DNA of 63,937 nt, the filler included, from Choristocarpus tenellus KU-1152 (lineage: Eukaryota; Protista; Phaeophyceae): the NCBI GenBank assembly GCA_964200185.2. It is 14 parts of 14 records of this genome, joined end to end, with 100 filler letters (N's around TTAATTAATTAA, not from the genome) between each part and the next. Parts side by side here need not be neighbours in the genome. Positions count along the whole stretch, not along the records: positions 25,545 to 36,518 come from CAXNAD020002592.1; positions 36,619 to 40,162 come from CAXNAD020019358.1; 12 more parts are not named here. One strand, written 5' to 3'. Made by a program: the position numbers and the translations under genes. The notes under the pieces are model-generated. The model ran no database searches. It worked only from the letters and a program-made list of their open reading frames with translations, and had not been told where the DNA came from. This document shows positions 25,697 through 37,984 of the stretch, piece by piece (the stretch's first letter is position 1; the number at the start of each line of letters is the position of its first letter).

Positions 25697-26407
25697 CTAT
25701 ATGCCCGCTAGGGAGGGGGTGGATCTTTGACTGCTGGTGAAAGCAGTGTAGGTGTGATTGAAAGGTGTGGGGATGGGTAGGTGTGTTCCACAGTGGGGGC
25801 ATGTGAAGGGGTGTCTTACGTCTTCACAGAGGCTAGCCATGCAGTTGGGGTGGAGCGAGCACCCACAAGGGAGGGTAGCACGGTAATCTGGGGGGAGTGG
25901 CTCTAGGCAGCTTGGGCAGGTGGGGAATGAAAGGGGAGGGGCTAGGGGGTGGGGGCATGAGTGGAGAGTAGGCGAAAGGGAGGAATGGAAAAAGAGGTAG
26001 AGAACGATTGTGTGCAGATGGATTCCAGCACGGCTTCGGTTCCCACACTCCTCTCCATGGCAGCGTAGTAGCGTTCCAGGGTTGCGGGGGTCGGCAGGTG
26101 GGGCACAGGATGGGGTGTAGGGGCTAGGCGCGGAGGTAAAGAGTCGAGGCACAGCCCAAATCGAGGGTGTGTGTGTGTAGGTGAAGGGGAGTACTGGCAG
26201 TTGTATTTGGGAAAAGCATATCCCGCAGTGTTCCAGTGTGAGCTGGTGTGGTTGCTGAGGTGGGTGTGGGTTGGAGTCACCAGTGGGGGAGGCTGGCTGT
26301 TGGATCCCAGTGATACCTCCAGTCGCCAGCTCTCCCGTCTCCTCCTTGTCGCTGTCGAGGAGGGGCGGCCCCCTCTTCATGCGACCTTCGTCGTCCTCCT
26401 CTACCAC
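25697..26407 (-). CDS. RING-finger-like, Pro/His-rich ORF, possibly from a transposable element
   Basis: CPSC-x13-CGC-x2-H-x2-C-x13-CPHC cross-brace pattern; additional upstream CGIC. Confidence 0.5.
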   Translation of the reverse strand: MVEEDDEGRMKRGPPLLDSDKEETGELATGGITGIQQPASPTGDSNPHPPQQPHQLTLEHCGICFSQIQLPVLPFTYTHTPSIWAVPRLFTSAPSPYTPSCAPPADPRNPGTLLRCHGEECGNRSRAGIHLHTIVLYLFFHSSLSPTLHSCPHPLAPPLSFPTCPSCLEPLPPDYRATLPCGCSLHPNCMASLCEDVRHPFTCPHCGTHLPIPTPFNHTYTAFTSSQRSTPSLAGI

Positions 26408-26760
26408 CTCCCCAGCCCCATCACCGTGTGCGCCTATTCAGCTCTCTGTCCGACGTTCGCCATCCTGCGAAACCGAAACCTGTCCGCCTATTCCTGAAGC
26501 AGAGTTGTGTGCCCCACTTGTATTACTTCCTTGCCCCTTGCCTATCTCGTGGACCGTCACCACCGTCCTCTGCCACCTCAACAACCCCATTCCCATGTAC
26601 GCCTATTCCGTTCTCTGTCCGACCCTTACCATCCTGCAAAATCGAAGCCTGTTCGCCTATTCCCGAAGTAGAGTTATGTGCTCCACTTATGCGAGTTCCT
26701 CACTCGTTGCCTATCTTGTGCACCGTCGTCGCCTTCCTCCATCACCTCCCCAGCCCCATT
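26390..26760. repeat. Diverged tandem duplication, unit about 175-180 bp
   Basis: CGCCTATTC..TCTCTGTCCGAC..CCATCCTGC..CGCCTATTCC.GAAG.AGAGTT occurs twice. Confidence 0.8.
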
Positions 26761-26958
26761 TATATAGGATATATCAACAAGATCACACATGGCCAAGTCT
26801 GTACAGAAGGGAATGATCTCACTAAACACACATGATTTGTAACGGCTAGGTTTGTCGTAACATGGACCTTGGAAAGAAACCTAGCACGAAATTTTAACCT
26901 AATAATAGAGGCTTCACATGCGAGGGATCTGCCCAATAGCACAAAAAGAATTCGCATT

Positions 26959-27156
26959 CTGCATCAACCATCTCTTCAATAGTGTCCAGCAATGGAGTTT
27001 GACTACAGGTAGAAGGGATTGAGGTGTGTGTCTGACAATGATCACACATTCAACACTCTGCATCAACCATCTCTTCAATAGTGTCCAGCAATGGAGTTTG
27101 ACTACAGGTAGAAGGGATTGAGGTGTGTGTCTGACAATGATCACACATTCAACACT
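26959..27156. repeat. Exact 99-bp tandem duplication
   Basis: 26959-27057 is repeated at 27058-27156. Confidence 0.95.
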
Positions 27157-29186
27157 TTGTGCTTAACAACAGCAAACTAATAATATCCCTGGGAAGAGGA
27201 GGAGAGTATTAAATATCGTGCAGGGACTGCTTCTGTGGGTTGGGATGTAGCAGAGTTTGCGTTTTCGTGCGCGCTTCCGTGACACACATCGCCATGCCTG
27301 GGTGGGCAGGTTGGCAAGAGGGTACTGACAGGTAGTTGGCTAGCTGGGTAGTGTCGTTATACCGACCTATATTGCATGATAGTGAACTGCGTGATCCCTT
27401 TTTCTCTCTACCAGAATGCTATCCCTACACCAAGGCATTGTTTAGGGGTATTTCCCTATGCTTACACTCGGTGGCACACTTGGTAGAAGAGTACCCCTTG
27501 AGACATCTTGCTTGATCTATACTTGGTATTCTTCTTGAGTGATGTTTGTTAGTTGTCTGGAACTTTGTTTGCATTTATTGTTCCCAGTGCGATGAGGTCC
27601 CTCTTGAGTTACTATAGAGTAGGATCCGTAGGCAATGTCACAACGAAAACTACCATTGCAACCTACCTTCTCTTGACACTTGAAATGTGTAATCCAATTA
27701 TTTCCTTCAAGGTCTATGTGGGGGTATGGGGACGAGTTCATCAGACCTCTTGATGGACAAAAAACATTGGTGAGAGTTTAAAGATTCGCATGATAATCAG
27801 TGTTAACCTGAGGGACTGAGTTAGGGTGTGGTCTGTACTCCTTTGTGTTGCTGTGTTTGTGTCTGTTCTTCAAACAGTATATGATGATGAAGCTCTCCCT
27901 TTCTCTCTTAGGTATCCCTTGCAAGAACGCCATCTTCTGCGCTTGATTCCTACATCTCACGTTGCACTATTCCTTACGACTTGTGTACAGCATTTCACTC
28001 ATCTACAGAATTACGCAGGTTCGGACAAACCATATTCCGACAGACCTCACTGTTGAGCATTTATCTTGTCTCCTGTCAAGTACTCCTGAGTCTCACTTGC
28101 ATCAACCATAATGGAGGGAAGATACTACCGACCTTCCACGACCAGGATGGGAGACGTTGGGCCGCGTACAATGCAAATATACAGACCTGTGCGTCGGAAA
28201 CAGGGAGGAAATATGTCTTGGGGGGAAAGAGAAGCAGAAGTCTTACCACCTAGCAGCTACGATGCTCCACGTGTTGCAGTATCACAGGAATAAAGGCACA
28301 CAGAGGGGTGCTGTGCCTGGGTAGTAGAGATTGCTGGGTAGCAGGGATGAGTCACACCTTGTGTACAAGGGGTGAGCTATGCCAGGCAGGATATTACAGG
28401 CCTGTACCAAGTTATATGATCAAGCTAAACTTAGTGGTGTAACTGTGGGGTCTGTCTGTGCATAACCTCGACCTTCCACACAGTGCAGTAGCTTGCAAAG
28501 ACAGACCAGCCAGGGTAATGACAGACAGCACACAATCAAACCACATTTATAGACATTTGAATAAAACATACGATAGGAGTGCAGGAGGAAGGGAAGGAAG
28601 GGGATAGTGTCTAGTGATATATTAATAGTAATAGACACTAGTAATAACATACCGACTAACATTTTTGCATTAATGATAACCGTCTTGAACGATACTTAGA
28701 AGTATTGTTACAATGCGCTCTGCAAGCGACCTCCGTTACAAAACGCTCCGCAAGCTTACCGTGATGGGACATGCAGCTCCAATTCATAAGAATGCATTTG
28801 TACCATGACGCTCGTACAAGGTCCCATGATGGAGATGTCGTCAAGCATGCTGGATCTCTCACTTCTATTATTTACTTATAGGTATCATTATTATGTTATA
28901 AAGGGACTGGCAACTATGTACCACCTTAATGGAGCATCAAAATTACTAAATAATAAATAAATATACAAGTACAAATGTAAAATACAACATTCCCTGCACG
29001 TACCCCGGAAGTCCACATCCTGGCAGCCCATGACGCCAGGATAACAAGGAGGGCTCAACATGAGATCACATGCCTCCTGAACAGGATCCGTTTCGACTCC
29101 TTCTAGACACAATTAGTCGGCCTACCTAATGAAGTACACCAGGGGAAGGAGAGCTCATCATTAACCCTAGTACGTAACCGAAGCCA

Positions 29187-29990
29187 GTGTGGATGAGGGG
29201 CAAACGCATGAGCCCCAACCCAACCCCTAGAGCCAGCATGCCAGATCCCCCTCTAGAATTCAAGCTTATAGCCAGCAGATCCCTAGGGAGGGAGGAGGCC
29301 CTCTCAAACAGGTGCCCAGTGGCGAGGTGCAGGAGGCAAAATGTCGACACCAGACATGCCCGTACCTGCCCCAGGGCAGGAGGACAGGTTCGACAGCACA
29401 CACCAATGGTGAAACGTCTAAGCCAGCTATGCAAGGGATTGGACATCCCTTGCACTACAGAGGACGGCAGACCCTTCATGGTAGACAGAAATATCTGCAT
29501 GGGGGCTCTTTTGATCCTCGCAGTTATAACCTCAACAACACCTTCGCGGTGGAAAGTTTAGGGTGCCTCGGCAAGCAAGCAGAATGCTTCCTGGATGAGC
29601 TGGCTACACATATGGTGGGGAGGAGAGGAACTGGAGGATACAGCAGGAAAGGAACGGTTAAATCCTGGCTACGCCATATTGTCTCAGTAACTATGCAAGT
29701 GGCACTGTCTAGACGTGTCATGCGTTTTAAGCTGGAGTCGCCAGGGAGATGGGCACGGAGGGGTCTGTTGGATTATTGGGATGCCTCCCTAGCTCCTCAC
29801 CCTGAGGTACAGAAATAGGTTGACAGAAAGGCAGTGATACATAATATATAGTAGTGGAATGACAAATAGATAGTGTTTTTCGCAGTTGTGACATATTTCA
29901 TTTCTTTGGGGCTTATACTGACATGTTAATAGTTTTCATTGATTCCCCCCTGACATACCTGCAAAAGGAGGGCATAATAATAAAATATAT
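29187..29990 (+). mobile_element. Non-LTR retrotransposon 3' fragment (CRE/R2-type: zinc finger plus restriction-like endonuclease region)
   Basis: CPVARC..HARTCPRAGGQVRQH zinc finger, then after a frameshift FAVESLGCLGKQAECFLDELA...IVSVTMQVALSRRV; ends in a hairpin and TAATAATAAAA. Confidence 0.78.
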
Positions 29991-30062
29991 AATATCTAGG
30001 ACTTCAAGGTCGTGATACGTTTATGAAACCCGATCAAGACATATCGCCTACAACAGTATTCA

Positions 30063-30195
30063 ACAGCCGATTTCAAAAGTGGAAAACATAATATTGTAAT
30101 ACAAAAAAATATATATCGACACTTTATCCCAGTCAATTTTGGGTCAAGCCCATCCTCAATGAAAAGCTCCATCCTCAATTGTTGAAATCGGCTGT
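30063..30195. mobile_element. Small MITE (family E)
   Basis: TIR ACAGCCGATTTCAA / TTGAAATCGGCTGT then TA; internal CCATCCTCAAT twice. Related end at 19519-19587. Confidence 0.75.
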
Positions 30196-30936
30196 TATTT
30201 GGAGGAATGCCATTGTATATATTACTAGTTAATCATTTCAAAGTCGAAATAACTTATAATTCATTGATTCAATTTAGTTTAGGAATGATCCCGAATTGTG
30301 GTTAGAAGCACCATTCCTAAACTAATCCAGAATTCTTGAGCATACACAAAATGTCAACAATATCTCCAGAAGAAACAAATAAAAATGTGACTGTCTTTCT
30401 TCTAAGAAATCTCACTCGAAGGCTAATCAAGCCTCAATACGACAACTTTTTTGAAGCACTAAGGCACGAGGATGCTCAATAACGTAGGGTTGTCAATCAA
30501 AGGTATTTAGGAGTATAAGCTAAATCGACTTGAAGGTTCTCAATATACTTGGTTATCATTGAATTGCACACAAAGCGCTCAGGCAGCAAGGGTCCCCAGG
30601 TGGTGATGAAAGTTTTTGGAGGTCAGTTATTTTTAGGTAACACTTATTTGCGTGCTTTTCTCTCACTGCTAATGCTTCTCATACTAACTAGTATGCCGTA
30701 TTTTCAATTTATAACGCCCACAATTTATGGTTTTTAGGTAACTTTCCACTGCAGCCATAATAAATAAAATAAGTGTACGGCCTCTGTTCGTGCCTTGGTT
30801 GCCGCATATTGGGGTTCATACATCACAACATTCGTTGGTCCAACTCCTCCCTCGAATTCTGGTTATTCACCCTTGACATTGCCACCTCGATATCTTTCTT
30901 TAGTGGTGTTTTTTGTGATGTAGGACTGGATAACAG

Positions 30937-31113
30937 GAGTAGGTAGATGGGAAGATAAGGAAGACAGTAGTAGTAGAATATTTGATAGTGGTGAAGTAAC
31001 TGATTAGTGGTTTCCACACTTACAATGAGTAGGTAGATGGGAAGATAAGGAAGACAGTAGCAGAATATTTGATAGTGGTGAAGTAACTGATTATTGGTTT
31101 CCACACTTACAAT
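30937..31113. repeat. Near-exact tandem duplication, unit about 88 bp
   Basis: GAGTAGGTAGATGGGAAGATAAGG...CCACACTTACAAT twice. Confidence 0.9.
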
Positions 31114-34100
31114 GTTTTATAGTGTTCTTATGTTTAGGATATTTTATTTCTTTAGGGCTAATAACGAATATATATAGTTTTCATTGGTTTCCCCCCTGAC
31201 ACATCAGCAAAATGTCAGAGGGCATAATAATAAAATAGTAGGTAGTGTTGTCATATCTTTGTTAGATATAGAGGACGTTACAGGACCCGTTAGGGATAAA
31301 AAATAAGCATAATCTGAACGAGCCGTTCAGGGATTATGTGGGAGGTACGAAAGAACCAGGATATCTCTTTACAACTTTTGAATGAACTATGTAATGAACC
31401 CTAGTATTGGAAGATATTCGTCATGTTCGTAAGGATATTTTATAAGGGAACCTTGTTGTATATAGTTCAGTTTTGTTTTAAAAAGAAGTCTTTGAAAGTG
31501 ATCACTAACTCTAAGTAAACGAGGGTTACACTTTAAGGATGCTAATACATATGTGTAATGTTCGACTTTTTTTTTTTATGTATGTAGGACATTTTCTGAA
31601 TCGTGTCGGAAATGTTTCAAATAATAGAGAAATAGTTGCAAAATTAGAACTTCATCCGTAGAAATATGGGTGAATTGTAAAAAATTGAAAAACAGAATTG
31701 AATGTAAAACAGGGAAAACCTAACCTCCCATTTAGGTTCACTCACTCTTCTCCTCTTCTACAAAACGTTATTAGAGATTAGATATAGGTCTATTGTCTTC
31801 TCCCATCATTCACAAATCTATAAAATGTCAGAAAGCTTACTAATATACATATTTAGGAATTTGTAAGGGAACAAAAGAAGCAAGGAACCAATTGATGTAT
31901 ATTGAGACTATATAGAAGAGAACTCAGATCCTTTTTGATAAATAGTTGGAAGGAGTACTAAAGAACTACATAGAACTCTTCTGTTTGGACAAGACAACGA
32001 AGAACCAAAGAAAACTTGAGAGATATACGATCGAAAATATTTTATTTTTTAAGTTTGAATATTATTATATACTATTATTAATATTTTTTACGCATTAATG
32101 AGAGATGATCCCAACGTGTGGTTAGAGGCGAGTCAACACACACCACCAAAATGTACCACTTTTCTTATTTCTAACTATTGACAATATTAAGGTATGAAGT
32201 ATGAAGGTATTATCGGACTCTTCAATCTAGGACATAAATTGGAAGGTTTCAAAGAGTTTCACCTTTGTTGATGTGGGAATATTTGGGAGGCTAGGGTATG
32301 GGGGGTTAACTCGGAAGTGGGGGAGAGGTGTTGGTGGGAACGCACAAGGGGGTGAGGTGGATTTAAGATGTAAGGGATGTGGTGAATTTGGCTGTGAACG
32401 CCTTAGTGAAACAGGTTTTGTAAGGACAGGAATAACTTCCTCTTCCATGGTAAGTGTGTGAGAGGGACCCAAAGACCTGGTACTGATATTTTCTCCAGTT
32501 TTTTTGTAGTATGCAGGAGCGCACTGTCTGGCTCATACGCAAGATAAAGAAGAGCTACCAGTAATGTACAGACACAAGCGACACAGGCAAGGAAGGATGA
32601 ACAGGAAACACTTTGTTTATAGGGTATATATGTGAGAGAGCGTGGAACTGGTAATGTGTACTTGGCTTTCTACATTATGTACGTGAGAGAGCTGATACTA
32701 GTAACGTAGAAACCGACAAATAGAAAGGCGAATAGATAATAATTACTTAGTTTTACGTGCTACTATGTATGTGAGGGGGGTCAAAATGATCGTGAGGATT
32801 CCTATCTGTAGGGGTATTATTATTTTTATTATAATAGTTACAACATATAAGCGCCTCTAGGAGGAGCTAGACTCCTCGAGGGTTGCACGTAGAGTAGGGC
32901 AGGGGAAGAGAGGGGGGAGTGCGATGGCTTGAATCCTTGTGTCTTTGAACATGAGGGAGCTTAGCTAGTGTTTCATACTACATAGTATGGTCCTTTCCTG
33001 TTATTATGTTGTTGTATTCTTTGTATGTTTTTTGTTTCCGCACTATATTGTATTGCTTGTATTATTGCATTCTTTGCTTCATACTTCTTTTTTCTACATG
33101 ACATCGTCTGCAACATGTGTAGTGGGCATATTGATAAAAAATATTGTAGGACCTTGTTACCAATACCGACTCTCTTCCTTCCGTGTAGGATTGTTCGCAC
33201 ACTCATGCATGCTTCTTCCCAATATAATAGGCCTTTCCGATATTTTGGCTCCTCTCACGTACTTACCATATAACTATTTAGGCCTCTCTCGTATGCACTG
33301 TACAACCCCAGTAGTTCATGCCGCTGCAAACCTAATGGGTCTATAGAGCTAGAGCTGTTCTTTCTCTTTCTGAGTTGTTTGAAGTTAGAGGTCTATGATA
33401 TATTACTATACCTCTCTACAACTTCCATACACCATATCATTATCCTACTTCACCTCACTCTCTTATGCTTGTTGTCCATGTACTCACGCATACTTACTTC
33501 AAAACGTCCAAAACACTGAAAAATAAGGAAAACCTTACTAGCACTGACTCTATACAACTACACGAAAGAGTCGGTGTTGGTAATGAATAGACACTTAGAC
33601 AAGCGACAGACAGATAGAAAGATAGGAATGACTCAGTTTTACATGGTATGTACGTGAGAGAGACACAAACGATATTATGGCTTGGACATGCATTCGCACA
33701 TACTCCGGAGTACTTGTTTCAAAATTTAAACTCTGAAAAATATAGAAATCTTAAGCACCGGCTCAGACAGACAGACAGACAGACAGACAGATGAATGAAC
33801 GAACAAGAATTATTTGCTTTTACATTATACGTACTTGAAAGGATCCAAAAGATTGCAATGGCCCCTATCGGGGAATAAGTAAATGGATAGGACTCAGCTT
33901 TCGAATGACTTGGAGAAAAAAACAACGGCTCTATAGGGCGGGTAGGTTTGTAAGGTAAGGAATCACTTAGCTACTAAAATGTAAATTATGTGAGGTAATC
34001 CCTTCTTTCATACACATATTTAAGGCGTGTTGGTTTTTGCTCTTACTTACTTGAAAATACACCCAGGACCTCGAGGAGCAGGCGTTTCCGTTTGCACATT

Positions 34101-34139
34101 CTAGATACTCACATTTGGCCTCAATAGGCCAGAAAAAAA

Positions 34140-34399
34140 AAGTGAAAGTATCTTAGAGGGTGTACGAGTTTTGCCCTGATTGTCCATTTGGGACTTGCCT
34201 TCCCACGTTTTTTTTTATGACATTTTCCTACTCCAAAATATTTTGGAGTGGGTAAAATGTATACGTTATGAAAAGGTGTGTCCGGAAGAAGGATCTAGAC
34301 ACTTCCTGACAAACACGATAGCCAAATTATATCAAAATCGTTACATTGGTTTTTGGCCCCCAAGTGAACGCAGCTCTACCCTCTGAGACACTTTAGCTA
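34140..34399 (+). mobile_element. MITE family A, full copy
   Basis: AGTGAAAGTATCTTAGAGGG ... CCCTCTGAGACACTTTAGCT; inserted in an A-run. Confidence 0.9.
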
Positions 34400-34676
34400 A
34401 AAAAATTAGGGTGGTTTCCACACCTTGGGATACGCGTAAGTGTACGGTATGTCAAGACTGGTCTTACCTCATGTGAGCTATTTTTCGTCTTACATACGTA
34501 GGTACGCCTTTAACATCTTAGTTGGGTTGTATTCGATATGTAGGTAAGGACTCAAAGGGCCGGTGTTGATAATATTTCATACTCTGGAGAATTTTTCATT
34601 TTTTTGGAACAAGTATGAGAGAACGAACAGCGATCCTGCGTGTGAAGACGAGAGTTTGTACCAGTAACGTAGAGAC

Positions 34677-34934
34677 GAGGTAAAGTGTCTTCGAGGGTAG
34701 AGTCATATCCATTTGGGGGCCAAAATCCAATGTTGTGACTTTGATGTAATTTTGACTATCGCGTTTGTTAGGAAGTGTCAATATCCTTGTTCCGACACAC
34801 CTTTTCATAGTTTTACACATTTTACCTACTACGAAATGTTTTGGAATAGGAAAATGTCATAAAAAAAACGTGGGAAGTCAAGCCCCAATTGGAAAAACAA
34901 GGCAAAACTTGCACCCGCTAAGATACTTCAGTTA
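34677..34934 (-). mobile_element. MITE family A, diverged full copy
   Basis: Both TIRs recognisable; sits inside a family D repeat. Confidence 0.88.
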
Positions 34935-35135
34935 TAGACTGATGAATGGATGGACAGGAATTACATCCTTTCATATCATATATACTTGAAAGAGTCGGTA
35001 CTGGTAATGAACAGATAGACAAATAAACGGATGAACAAACAGGAATTACTTGATTTTATACTGTACGTACATGAGATGGGTAGAACTTTTTTTTTTTTGA
35101 GATAATAATAGGATAAATAATACTATTGTGTTGTA

Positions 35136-36313
35136 CTACCTCCATGCCATAAGTCTGTGCCGCGTTGTCCATACCTTTTGAAGATATTGGTGAAAATCAT
35201 TTCTGAAAGAAGATTTGTAATCCTTGACGAATTTATGGTTAGGGTCAGCTCTTTTTATGAATATTCCCCATCCGTCACAATTTTGTCAGCCACAGAAAAA
35301 TTCTCCATGTCTACCTTCAGCGTGTTTTCAAGCTCACCAGACAACTGCCTCTTCCTTACCTCTATGTGCTCCATGCTGAAGTCATTCCCCCCTTTCTACC
35401 TAAGTACTTGATTGTACACCACAAAACGGAGCTGCCAAGCCCTCTCAAGTGTGGTTTCATCACACTCCTCATACCGTTTCTTAATGACCTTCACCATCTC
35501 ATCAATGGACTCAAACTGCTCCCCCATCACCCGGCATTTCAAAGACCTGATGAAGCACAGGTCCATGATATTAAGGTCGGCGGAGTTAGATGACTGCGTC
35601 ACAAGCCTAATCGACCACCCCTTAGTCTTCCCTGCCCCGGACAAGATTTCTGAGTTGCCCTTGCCCGTATGGGGGATGACACCGTGTTGCTGAATGACGA
35701 CGTGCTTTCCCTCCAACCAAGGCATCTTGGTCTTGATTGCAGGCAATAACTCCTCCGTTTATCACTTCTTGTACCACAAGTGGTCTAAAGTACGATCCTG
35801 CTCATACGTATCCCCCTTTTTATGGTTCTTACTTGTCCTGTCTGCCGTTTTTGGCACACACACATGCCAAACATCAAGCTTTCCATCAAAGCTGTGAGCG
35901 GAATCTGGGCGGGCGTTGGTCGCAATGATCATGATTTTGGGGATATGAATCTTGTGCTGCACAGTAGGGGACCCTGGAAGGTCGTTATCATCCTCACGCA
36001 GAAATACCCTAACCCTTTCCCTATCAGCCATCACGTAAAACCAGCTTTCAGCCACATGGATCGTGTTTGCCATGGAGGCATACGCAACATGATTCCGGTC
36101 CACTTGATCGCAAACAACGTTCATTCTCCATACATTTAGTCACAATTTAAGCTTGGGTTTGATCCAGCGGTGATTCGGCATGGCCTCTATATCATCCAAC
36201 CACCTGTTTATGGTGCTTGTGCTACGACTCAGCTCCTTGGCGACCATCTTCGTTGTCACCTGACGCACTGTGGATGACCCATTATCGGAGTTGATACTAT
36301 GTATTGCGACCAT
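35136..36313 (-). mobile_element. Plant-type mariner (DD39D-like) transposase pseudogene with one TIR
   Basis: IHVAESWFYV (IHIDEKWFY), VIQQHGVIPH (IQQDNAxPH), QSSNSADLNIMDLCFIRSL (QPPNSPDLNxLDLGFF); first two catalytic Asp residues are mutated. Terminus TA|CTACCTCC at 35134-35143 resembles the Stowaway-type CTCCCTCC. Confidence 0.88.
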
Positions 36314-36450
36314 GAGTGAAAGTATCTTAGAGGGTACGATTTTTGCCCTGTTTGTCCATTTGGGGTTTTGGCTTCTCACGGGTTTTCAATGACATTTTAC
36401 CTACTCCAAAATGTTTCGGAGTAGGTAAAATGTTTTTGTTATGAAAAGGA
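36314..36450 (+). mobile_element. MITE family A, left half, interrupted by family B
   Basis: GAGTGAAAGTATCTTAGAGGGTA...ATGAAAAGGA followed directly by a B terminus. Confidence 0.9.
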
Positions 36451-36518
36451 CACCCAAAGTATCTGGGAGGGGGGGGGAGTCTACACCAAGGTGTCCATTT
36501 GGACCAAAATCAGGAAAA
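36451..36518 (+). mobile_element. MITE family B, truncated by gap
   Basis: CACCCAAAGTATCTGGG..GTCTACACCAAGGTGTCCATTTGGACC. Confidence 0.9.
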
Positions 36519-36618
36519 NNNNNNNNNNNNNNNNNNNNNNNNNNNNNNNNNNNNNNNNNNNNTTAATTAATTAANNNNNNNNNNNNNNNNNNNNNNNNNN
36601 NNNNNNNNNNNNNNNNNN

Positions 36619-36770
36619 GTCTACACCAGAGTGTCCATTTAGACCAAAACCAGGAAAAAGTGCGCTTTCATTATCCATCCAATGTATGGAACCAAATCAC
36701 TCAAAAATCGCGACAAAAAAAAAAATGTCCCCAAATGGACAGCCGCCACCCCCCCCAGAAACTTTGAGCC
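36619..36770 (+). mobile_element. MITE family B, partial at contig start
   Basis: GTCTACACC...CCCAAATGGACAGCCGCCACCCCCCCAGAAACTTTGAGCC. Confidence 0.88.
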
Positions 36771-37984
36771 TATGTGTCTGTGACGGTCTTGAACTAGAAC
36801 AAATAGTGTTACAGTTGTATATATATACAACTCTCAATCCACTATTACTTCATTAGTGCGGCAGGGTCAAAACGCCGAATTTGCATCTTTATTTCATATA
36901 TTCTAATACAATTTGAATAATTATATTATAGTGCACACGCGTCACAAAAAAACTCTCGCCAACCACATTTGCTACTAACCCCACACTCTTCTTCACTCAC
37001 TCAGCAACAAACAATGGGCCTCGACAATATAGAAGTTTTGCTGTCGAAGTTCTTCGAGAGGACCATAACCATCGCACCATAGATGTAGGATGGCTACCCG
37101 TCAGCCACTGGGTGATCTCGCTAACAACGGGAATGAACTCGTGGACTCCGGAGGGTACACCCCAGGACATCCCAAGGGTAAGGCCAGACCGCCATCGCAG
37201 CTAGACACACTCCAATGTAGCCTTTGCATTCTGTAATTACTGGAACGAGGGATTAGCGCTTGAATACTAGACACATGGCAAAGCGTATGGTCACCATATC
37301 CTTCCGAAATCACACATTGCATCGAAATCAGAGACACGTGGTGTTCTCCAGTTACACTGTAGCTCGGAACTCGTGACGCACACGTCCTCCCCTCAAGAGC
37401 AGGACGAAATCTAACGATGAAGATCGTGTCCTCCAATACATTGAATCCGATATGTATCGGAAATATACTATGTTCCTTTCTGTTTCTGTTTCCAATCCCA
37501 ACCCTAACACCTGTCCCAACGCTAACCCTGTGCCTCAGTCCCAACACCATCCCTGACCCTTCAAATCCCGAAACTATACCAGCACATGTTTCGCTCTTCC
37601 TTCATCCACTCGCCTCGTGTAATTTTTTCCATAGTTTAAAAGTTGCGGTGGTCCACATAACGACTTATTTGAAGGCACGCTCCTCCAATCCATCATCATC
37701 GAGTTTCCAACAACTCAAGTGCAATCTCATATTCCCTGTAGAGAAGGAGGCACAAACAATGGTATGTGCATATCTGGGGATATGTACAGACCTACACCAC
37801 ACGAAACGTTCGGTGTCCTTTTCACCAAAAACGTATCCTACACAATAGTTTACCGTACGTCAGAACACGTCAATTTTTGTACATACATATGCCCATATTT
37901 TCGGGGGTGACACCCACCAAACATTTGTCAACCGTTTTCCAAAAAATCAGATCAAAGCATACACTCTGCCGTTCGACAAACTAC

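Larger units (their letters stand above)
32570..35085. repeat. Dispersed degenerate repeat family D (several copies within this span)
   Basis: Motifs AAGAGTCGGT(A/G)(C/T)TGGTAATGA and AGGAAT(T/G)ACT..TTTTA(C/T)A..GTACGT recur near 32600-32780, 33565-33840, 34990-35080, and at 61950-62290. Confidence 0.65.

Noticed and set aside
36451-36770. One B element spanning the linker
   Set aside because: The two pieces overlap with mismatches and A does not resume after 36770, so they are different copies.
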